Assembly: GCA_965372365.1 (NCBI GenBank)
Contig: CBDVCA010000003.1
Span: 1-54,874 of the forward strand
Direction of reading: 5' to 3'
Source: an uncultured bacterium
Lineage (GTDB): Bacteria > Planctomycetota > Phycisphaerae > SM23-33 > FEN-1343
Length of the DNA: 54,874 nt
Below, piece by piece: positions 36,957 through 42,980 of the stretch (position 1 is the first letter of the stretch; each line of letters begins with the position of its first letter). The notes below the pieces were generated by a model. The model saw nothing but the letters and a program-made list of their open reading frames with translations, searched no databases and was not told the origin of the DNA. A program made the translations under genes and the position numbers.

Positions 36957-37210
36957 TGGCGACCGGCTCCACCTTGGTGTTCTGCTTGCCGATTGATCGA
37001 TGCGGCTTCGGGGAGCATTCGGATGACTGCCGAACCTTTTTCTGGATTCAATTCACGATCCGTTCAAACGCAAAGCCGTCGTTTGTAATGTGCTTCTCGT
37101 AGCGTAACGTTTTGTGCCGCATGTTGTTGTGAGTTGTTTACCTATCGTAACTTGCAGATCGTTCTTTTACGCCCTGCGATTAAGGGTCAAACTTCAAAAA
37201 GGAGATGAAA

Positions 37211-37987
37211 ATGAAAACTCTGTTGACCGCGCTGACAATCGTCGCTCTGGCCGGTACCGTGTACGCTTCCGATTACGATCTCGTGCTGAACTGCTACCCC
37301 AACGAAGCGTTCCTGTGGAACGCGGGCGACAATGACATTCCTTTCGATGGCTACAGCATCCTTTCGGCTGGCGGGAATCTCGACGTCGCCGCTTTCACGG
37401 GCGTCTCTGCTCGCTTGGATGGCGCCGTTCCCGGCGAAGGGTACACTTGGCTTAGGGATAATTTCGGTAATAAGATCACCACTTTTTCCCTCACCACCCC
37501 AAGCGCCTTCGAAATCTCCGAGCTATCGAGCATCACTGCAGACTACCCCGTGTTTAAGGCCGGTTTCAGGTTCTCGCTGGGCAACGTCTGCCCGAATGGG
37601 ACCGCCCAGGATCTGGGCATCAAAATGTCGATCCCCGGCCTCGGCGACCCCCCCCCCGTGGCCATCGCCGGCGGCCCCTACCTGCTGGACCTTGACATCA
37701 CCGACAGCATCACCTTGGACGCAAGCGGATCAGTGGGAACGCTCGAGTGGGATATTGACAACGATGGCCACTACGGCGAAGTGTTCGGCGAGCAGCCTAC
37801 ACTGACGTACCAGTACCTCCAGTCGCGCGGACTGGGTCTCGGAACGCACACCATCGGCCTCCAGGCCTACGATCCCTTCCGCGACGACGGCGACACCGCC
37901 GCTACCACGCTGACTATCGTCCCCGAACCGGCCACGATGAGCCTGCTGGCGTTGGGGGCTCTGGCGATGCTGCGACGGCGACGGTAA
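37211..37987 (+). CDS. PEP-CTERM-anchored secreted protein with PKD-like domain
   Basis: ATG at 37211 lies 6 nt after AAAGGAG. Signal peptide MKTLLTALTIVALAGTVYA. PKD-like VAIAGGPYLLDL...TLDASGS...WDIDNDGHYGE...THTIGLQAYD. C-terminal VPEPATMSLLALGALAMLRRRR sorting signal. Lower GC than neighbours. Confidence 0.85.
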   Translation: MKTLLTALTIVALAGTVYASDYDLVLNCYPNEAFLWNAGDNDIPFDGYSILSAGGNLDVAAFTGVSARLDGAVPGEGYTWLRDNFGNKITTFSLTTPSAFEISELSSITADYPVFKAGFRFSLGNVCPNGTAQDLGIKMSIPGLGDPPPVAIAGGPYLLDLDITDSITLDASGSVGTLEWDIDNDGHYGEVFGEQPTLTYQYLQSRGLGLGTHTIGLQAYDPFRDDGDTAATTLTIVPEPATMSLLALGALAMLRRRR

Positions 37988-38018
37988 CCGACGCCAGTAC
38001 GCTGACAACAATTGAGAA

Positions 38019-38055
38019 GGCCCCGGCGAGGCGAATTCGTCGGGGCCTTTCGCTT
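38019..38055 (+). terminator. Intrinsic terminator of the PEP-CTERM gene
   Basis: GGCCCCGGCG (38019-38028) pairs with CGTCGGGGCC (38038-38047, one G-U) around a 9-nt loop, then TTTCGCTT. Confidence 0.6.
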
Positions 38056-38079
38056 GAATACTTCGCGGACTGTGTGGGA

Positions 38080-38098
38080 TGGAAACCCGGGGAAACCC
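38080..38098 (-). repeat. GGGTTTCC array, two units, opposite orientation to 36632..36728
   Basis: TGGAAACCCGGGGAAACCC. The last unit overlaps the start of duplication copy B (38096). Confidence 0.8.
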
Positions 38099-38178
38099 GC
38101 GCCGTTCTGGCCGCCATCGCCGCCGCCGAGCAGACCGCCGTCGAGACCGCCCCTTGCATCCGACCGGTCAACCCCTGA
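38096..38178 (+). pseudogene. Relic of the pabB 3' end (about 27 codons plus stop) carried by the duplication
   Basis: Encodes ...RAVLAAIAAAEQTAVETAPCIRPVNP* versus the genuine pabB C-terminus ...RAVLAAIAAAEQTAAETAPCIRPPNP*. No upstream pabB body. Confidence 0.85.
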
Positions 38179-38191
38179 CAATCGTCCAGCG

Positions 38192-38797
38192 ATGACACGA
38201 TCCTATCCCATCATGTTCAATGTCGCCGGCCGCCCGGCCGTCGTCGTCGGCGGCGGCGCCGTCGGGGGGCGAAAGGTCGAGGGCCTGCTGGCCGCCGGCG
38301 CCGGCGTGCGGGTGGTGGACCCCAAGGGGGGCGATTGGCCCTCCGGCGTCGAAGTCGCGGCCGAGCCGTACCACGCGGCTCATCTCGACGGCGCGATCCT
38401 GGTCTTCGCCTGCACCAACGACCGAACAGTGAACGCCAACGTCGCCGCCGACGCCAAGGCCGCCGGCGTTCCTGTCAATATCGCCGACGATCCGGCCGCG
38501 TGCGACTTCACCGTCCCGGCCGTCCATCGGGCCGAAGCGGTAACACTGGCCGTGGCCACCGACGCCGGCGTCCCGGCGCTGGCGGCGCATGTGCGCGATC
38601 GCCTCGCGGACCATCTTCCAGCCGAACTGGACGCATTCGCCGCGGCCGTAGCGGAGATTCGGGGCCAGTTGAAAACAACCCATCCCGACGACCTTCGCCG
38701 CCGAGCCATGAGGCGCCTCTGCGGTCCCGAAGGATGGGACGCCTTCCAGCAAGAAGGCAGCCGCGGCCTGGCGAATCTGCTCCGTGAACTCACGTAG
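38192..38797 (+). CDS. Precorrin-2 dehydrogenase / sirohydrochlorin ferrochelatase-like (SirC, CysG N-terminal domain), copy 2
   Basis: ORF 38012..38797. ATG at 38192 is homologous to the copy-1 start. 201 aa, 17 amino-acid differences from copy 1. The tracked N-terminal extension runs through the pabB relic and is rejected. Confidence 0.8.
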   Translation: MTRSYPIMFNVAGRPAVVVGGGAVGGRKVEGLLAAGAGVRVVDPKGGDWPSGVEVAAEPYHAAHLDGAILVFACTNDRTVNANVAADAKAAGVPVNIADDPAACDFTVPAVHRAEAVTLAVATDAGVPALAAHVRDRLADHLPAELDAFAAAVAEIRGQLKTTHPDDLRRRAMRRLCGPEGWDAFQQEGSRGLANLLRELT

Positions 38798-38900
38798 GGG
38801 GACGGGCTCCGAACCCGCGAACCCATCCCTCCCCCCCCCCGAACCCTGGTGTCGCCCGGGAGCGATATCGCCGTAGCCCCCGAAGGGGGCGATTGGTAGT

Positions 38901-39063
38901 AGCCTCGGGCGCGAGCCCGTGGATTGCGAACGTCCCGGTACGGATGAGCCCCCGCAGGGGGCGACTGAAACATGTATGTCCTATTCATCCGCCCCGTCAG
39001 TCGCCCCCTGCGGGGGCTCGAATCTTTCAGCCGATCCTATACCACGGGCTCGCGCCCGAGGCT
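38901..39063. repeat. Nested double-stem palindromic element
   Basis: Perfect 22-bp outer arms (38901-38922 / 39042-39063) and perfect 23-bp inner arms (38946-38968 / 38997-39019). Framed by C10-GAACC direct repeats at 38831-38848 and 39129-39145. Confidence 0.85.
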
Positions 39064-39331
39064 ATTAACAAACGCCGCTACGCGGCTAACGGCAACGGCA
39101 CACCGATCCGTGATGCGAATTCGGGATGCCCCCCCCCCGAACCTGTAAGGCAAAGGCTGTAAGTCATTGCGAGCGATAGACTAAGAGATCGTCACTAAAA
39201 ACGGTTGCTCCACCGAGCAGAAAGAGTGCTTGCGGATCTCGCGATCGGCGATAGACTCGTCAGAAAGACCGAAGGCGGTCGTCGGTCGGAGTCCATCCGG
39301 GAAATCCCGGATGAAGACAAGGAGCCAAACC

Positions 39332-39730
39332 ATGACACTGAGGCGAATACAAGTACTGGCCGCGCTGATGGCCTCGGTCGGTCTGTGCCTCTCTGGGTGC
39401 GGACACAGCGTTCTCATCAACTCCATCCCTTCGGGCGCTCGCGTCCTGATCGATAATGAGCCCACGGACATGCTTACGCCGGCGTCCATCCGGCTTGGCA
39501 GTACGAAGATGGGGCTGCATGAGATCTCGGTTGAGAAAGACGGCTACCAGACCGCCACGCCTCAGCACTTGCGGGTCCAGGTCGATACACCCGCCGTTGT
39601 CTTGAGCTGCATTTTCGGAGGCCTCCTGTTCCCCCTCATCCACAACCTTGCCGGAGACATGTGGAAGCGGACCCTCCCCAGACGGCTTTCGACTTTCGAA
39701 CTCGTTCCCGAGGAACATGCGGCGAAATGA
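39332..39730 (+). CDS. PEGA-domain lipoprotein
   Basis: ORF 39230..39730. ATG at 39332 lies 7 nt after AAGGAG. LAALMASVGLCLSGC lipobox. INSIPSGARVLIDNEPTDMLTPASI...GLHEISVEKDGYQ matches a PEGA domain. C-terminal hydrophobic segment. Confidence 0.8.
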   Translation: MTLRRIQVLAALMASVGLCLSGCGHSVLINSIPSGARVLIDNEPTDMLTPASIRLGSTKMGLHEISVEKDGYQTATPQHLRVQVDTPAVVLSCIFGGLLFPLIHNLAGDMWKRTLPRRLSTFELVPEEHAAK

Positions 39731-39744
39731 GACATTCAACCGAA

Positions 39745-39772
39745 TGGAAACCTGGGAAACCCCGGGGAAACC
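39745..39772 (-). repeat. GGTTTCC array, three units, same orientation as 38080..38098
   Basis: TGGAAACCTGGGAAACCCCGGGGAAACC. The last unit overlaps the start of the 157-bp repeat copy (39769). Confidence 0.8.
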
Positions 39773-39925
39773 GTTCACAGTTTCTTTTCAATAATCGCAC
39801 TCTCATCCCGAACCGGTGGCGAGTATTCGTTCGGCCATGATGCAAGAGCGTGCTTGGAATTGGGTCTGATCGCTCAAGTGAATCTGCCGTTGAGGCCCGC
39901 AGGGCCGACAGATTTGTAGCTCGCC
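39769..39925 (-). repeat. Dispersed 157-bp structured repeat, copy 2 (inverted relative to copy 1)
   Basis: Reverse complement matches 1..157 with 10 mismatches and no gaps. Confidence 0.85.
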
Positions 39926-40068
39926 GCGGCGAGATAGGGTCCGCCCCCTAACGCCCCAAGCCCCGATAGGGGCGACACCGCGTGGCCTTACGGTCTTTGT
40001 GTCGCCCCTGGCGGGGCTTGCATCGGGGGGGGGGGCGTCACGGTTCTCGCCGCGGCGAGCTACAAATC
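39911..40068. repeat. Second nested palindrome
   Basis: Perfect 24-bp arms GATTTGTAGCTCGCCGCGGCGAGA / TCTCGCCGCGGCGAGCTACAAATC. Inner arms at 39960-39978 / 39999-40017 (2 mismatches). G11 run at 40025-40035. Confidence 0.85.
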
Positions 40069-40164
40069 TTTCGCCTCTAACGGGGCTGGCCCGCCATGGT
40101 GTGAAACACGCAGCCAAGCATACCACCATCATGGGATGAAAACCGAAACAAGCTGTGAACGATT
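40054..40164 (+). repeat. Shortened, diverged copy of the 157-bp repeat
   Basis: Shares the ends GGCGAGCTACAAATCT and GGGATGA.A..CG...CTGTGAACGATT with copy 1. The middle is diverged or deleted. Confidence 0.45.
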
Positions 40165-40165
40165 A

Positions 40166-40507
40166 TCATTCGCCATGGTCGCACCCCTCGACGGTATACA
40201 CCCACCACCGCGCCTTGGGATGCTTGCGATCCTTGGCCTGGCGATCGCAGTAGATGGTCATGACGGCTTGGGGGTCGGTGACGATCTTGTACCAGTGCCG
40301 GCGGAGGTACTTTTCGGAGGATCCGTTGCGGCAGGCGCCGGAGGTCTTCCAGGCTTTGAGTACGCCGCCAACGGTGTATTCACAGTCCCGCCAAGTGAAC
40401 CGTCCAGGCAGTCCGGGCGCCCCGGCCGCCATCGCGGCGGCGTTGGCCGTACCGGCTATGGGGGTGAGTTTCTCGCAAATGAACTGTTCCGTTGATTCGT
40501 CGCTCAT
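40166..40507 (-). CDS. Small conserved-looking hypothetical protein
   Basis: ORF 40166..40675. ATG at 40507 (MSDESTEQFICEKL...) lies 11 nt after the ispH stop, so it is the last gene of the cmk-plsC-ispH operon. The upstream part of the tracked ORF overlaps ispH. No family assigned. Confidence 0.55.
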   Translation of the reverse strand: MSDESTEQFICEKLTPIAGTANAAAMAAGAPGLPGRFTWRDCEYTVGGVLKAWKTSGACRNGSSEKYLRRHWYKIVTDPQAVMTIYCDRQAKDRKHPKARWWVYTVEGCDHGE

Positions 40508-40518
40508 CTTCGCCGCCC

Positions 40519-41358
40519 TCACAGTTCCACCAGGTTTTCGACAAACTCCTGGATAATCCACTCCGGCGTCGACGCCCCGGCCGTCACCCCGGCGATGTGC
40601 TTGCCGACAACGCTCTCGGGGTCGAAGTCGTCCCAGGTTTCCATGTGATGTGTCGGCACGCCCACGCCTTCGCACAGGTGAGCGAGCTGCCGCGTATTGG
40701 CCGATTGACGGCCTCCCAAGACAAACATCACGTCCACTTCACGGGCCAGGTCCACCGCGGCCTCCTGGCGACGACGGGTCTCCAGGCAGAGCGTATTGAC
40801 GACTTTCAGCTCGGCGTACCCCATGGCCGCGATGTGGCCGATCATCTCGCCGAACAGTTCGGGCGAATGCGTGGTCTGGGAGATAATCCCCAGTCGCCCG
40901 CCGACCGGAAGCCGATCGAGTTGATCGGGCGAGCCGACGCAAATCACGTCGTGGGCGTACCCGATCACGCCCCGGACCTCGGGGTGATTCTCGTCGCCGA
41001 TGACGACGACCCGGTAGCCTTCGCTGTCGAGTTTGCGAACGATATCCTGGGCCTTCTTGACCAGAATGCAGGTGGCGTCGACGACATGGGCGCCCTGGGC
41101 GCGGAGGGTCTCGATCACCTCCGGCGGCGCCCCGTGGCTGCGGATCACCACCGTATCGCCCCGCTGGGCCTGCTCGGGGCTATCGAGCACCTTGAGCCCC
41201 TCGCCGGCCAGCCGGTCGACCACTTGGCGATTATGGATTACCTCGCCGAGCGAGTAGATCGCCCCCGGCTCACCGGCGGCCACCACGCCGGAGGCCTGCT
41301 CGATGGCGCTCTCGACGCCGAAACAGAAGCCGCGTTTTCTCGCCAATTGAACTCGCAT
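40519..41358 (-). CDS. ispH: 4-hydroxy-3-methylbut-2-enyl diphosphate reductase
   Basis: MRVQLARKRGFCFGVESAIEQ, GEVIHNRQVV, VIRSHGAPPEV, VVDATCILVKK and TLCLETRRRQ are IspH/LytB motifs including the three Cys ligands. Confidence 0.93.
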   Translation of the reverse strand: MRVQLARKRGFCFGVESAIEQASGVVAAGEPGAIYSLGEVIHNRQVVDRLAGEGLKVLDSPEQAQRGDTVVIRSHGAPPEVIETLRAQGAHVVDATCILVKKAQDIVRKLDSEGYRVVVIGDENHPEVRGVIGYAHDVICVGSPDQLDRLPVGGRLGIISQTTHSPELFGEMIGHIAAMGYAELKVVNTLCLETRRRQEAAVDLAREVDVMFVLGGRQSANTRQLAHLCEGVGVPTHHMETWDDFDPESVVGKHIAGVTAGASTPEWIIQEFVENLVEL

Positions 41359-41398
41359 GGAAGCCTATCCGAACGCCCGGTCGCGCTCTGTCGGGACG

Positions 41399-42115
41399 TT
41401 ACTCGTCGTAGATCAGCGTCGGCCGGCCCAGACGCCGGCGAATGTCGGTCTGTATTTCGATCATGTCGGCGCGGACACGATCGACGAACTCCCGAGCCTT
41501 CATGGCCCTCGACTCGTCGGGGCTGTAGGGCCGGCCGTACTGAATGATGATTTCACCCCTGGTCGGAAGCTTCGACGTTCGCGGCCAGCATTCGTAGGCG
41601 CCGTCGATCACGACCGGCACGGTCGTGGCCCTCGCCCGCTGGGCCAGCAGCGCCACCCCCGGCAAGAACGAGCGGATACGGCCGTCGAGCGTGCGGGTGC
41701 CCTCGGCGAACACGACCACCTGCTCACCGGCCTTGATGAGGCGCATCGCCTCTTTGAGCGCGCCGGTATCGGCGGCGCCGCGGCGGACGGGGAAGGTGCC
41801 CACCGAACGGATCAACTTGCTGAACCACGGATTGCGGAACAGCGTATCGCGCGCCATGAAGTTCATCGGCCGCCGCAGGCCGAAGGCCATCAGCATGGGG
41901 TCGACGAAACTCTGATGGTTGCAGATGTAGACGACCCCGCCGGAGGTGGGTTCGTAGTGACGATTGAATACCCGGGTGTTCCACGCTATCGTCATCAGCG
42001 CTTGCAGCCACTTGCGGCTGAACCAGTAGAACGGCCTGGCGCGCACGGTTCCGGCCGGCAGCCGCAGGCCGCCGAGGGCGGGGTTGGGGTAGCTGTTGAT
42101 CGGTCGCGTACTCAT
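41399..42115 (-). CDS. plsC: 1-acyl-sn-glycerol-3-phosphate acyltransferase family
   Basis: 238-aa ORF. ICNHQSFVDPM (HX4D) and VVVFAEGTRT motifs. Confidence 0.8.
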   Translation of the reverse strand: MSTRPINSYPNPALGGLRLPAGTVRARPFYWFSRKWLQALMTIAWNTRVFNRHYEPTSGGVVYICNHQSFVDPMLMAFGLRRPMNFMARDTLFRNPWFSKLIRSVGTFPVRRGAADTGALKEAMRLIKAGEQVVVFAEGTRTLDGRIRSFLPGVALLAQRARATTVPVVIDGAYECWPRTSKLPTRGEIIIQYGRPYSPDESRAMKAREFVDRVRADMIEIQTDIRRRLGRPTLIYDE

Positions 42116-42774
42116 CGAACCGCCTCCACATGCCCGGCGAGACAGTCGATCACTTCATCGATCGTCATCTCGCCGGTGTCGATCTCAACGGCGCCGTCGG
42201 GCTTGACCAACGGGGCGACGTCGCGCCCGGTGTCGCGACGGTCTCGAGTGACGATCGCCGCATGAATCTCATCATAGTCCACATCTTCGCCACGTTGACG
42301 AAGCTCATCATATCGTCGCCGAGCCCGAACGGCCGGGTCGGCCACGAGGTAGAACTTGACCGCCGCGGCTGCGAACACAACGCTTCCCTGGTCGCGCCCT
42401 TCGGTGACCACATCGCCAAGTTCGGAGGCGATCTTCCGCTGCATGTCGACCAGGACCTCCCGAACAGCCGCGGCCGAGGCGATGTAGTGACTGTTGTCGG
42501 TCACCTCGACCGTGCGAATCGCCTGCGATACGTCGCGACCGTCGAGCGTGACGGTCAGGTCGCCGTCGGCGTAGTCGAGCGTCAAGTCGGCCTCATGAGC
42601 GCACGCCGCCAGCGCCGCCGGCGCCTCCAGGTCGACCCCGCCGGTCAACGCGCGGAGCGTCACCGCCCGGTACATCGCCCCGGTATCCAGGTACGCCAAA
42701 CCCAGCCTCGCCGCCAAGCCCTTGGCCACGGTGCTCTTACCGCTGCCGGCCGGCCCGTCAATGGTGATGATCAT
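42112..42774 (-). CDS. cmk: Cytidylate kinase
   Basis: MIITIDGPAGSGKSTVAKGLAARLGLAYLDTGAMYRAVT. ATGA overlap with plsC. Confidence 0.93.
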   Translation of the reverse strand: MIITIDGPAGSGKSTVAKGLAARLGLAYLDTGAMYRAVTLRALTGGVDLEAPAALAACAHEADLTLDYADGDLTVTLDGRDVSQAIRTVEVTDNSHYIASAAAVREVLVDMQRKIASELGDVVTEGRDQGSVVFAAAAVKFYLVADPAVRARRRYDELRQRGEDVDYDEIHAAIVTRDRRDTGRDVAPLVKPDGAVEIDTGEMTIDEVIDCLAGHVEAVR

Positions 42775-42980
42775 CGCTTCTCCCGCTCAACGTATTCAAC
42801 GCAGTCGATCATTATAGCGATCGACGCCTCCGATGCACGCCGACTGACGAAACAGCACTGAATATCCAGGCGCCCGTGACCGAATACTGTGCGCACCTGC
42901 TTGATTTCTGAGCCCGAATCTGTATCTTCATGGGATTACCGTAGACGTCAATTGGCGGTCCCGACGGATCTTAGAAACGA

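Larger units (their letters stand above)
38096..38797 (+). repeat. Segmental duplication, copy B
   Basis: See copy A (35819..36520). Confidence 0.9.

Noticed and set aside
36782-37335. ORFs 36782..37051(-), 36821..37102(+) and 37114..37335(+) in or near the low-GC spacer.
   Set aside because: They have no SD or start context and no recognisable domains. They overlap each other or the PEP-CTERM gene. The products are low-complexity or Cys-scattered strings, so this is more likely UTR or regulatory DNA.
38012-38191. The 60-codon N-terminal extension of sirC copy 2 given by the ORF track.
   Set aside because: It begins at a non-ATG codon and reads through a terminator hairpin, the GGAAACC array and the pabB relic in a different frame. 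The homologous ATG at 38192 matches the copy-1 start exactly.
39803-40132. 109-aa minus-strand ORF, and the conserved 11-codon mini-ORF (MAERI.AT.SG) inside the 157-bp repeat.
   Set aside because: The long ORF is assembled entirely from repeat and palindrome sequence. The mini-ORF has no SD, and its conservation is explained by overall repeat identity.
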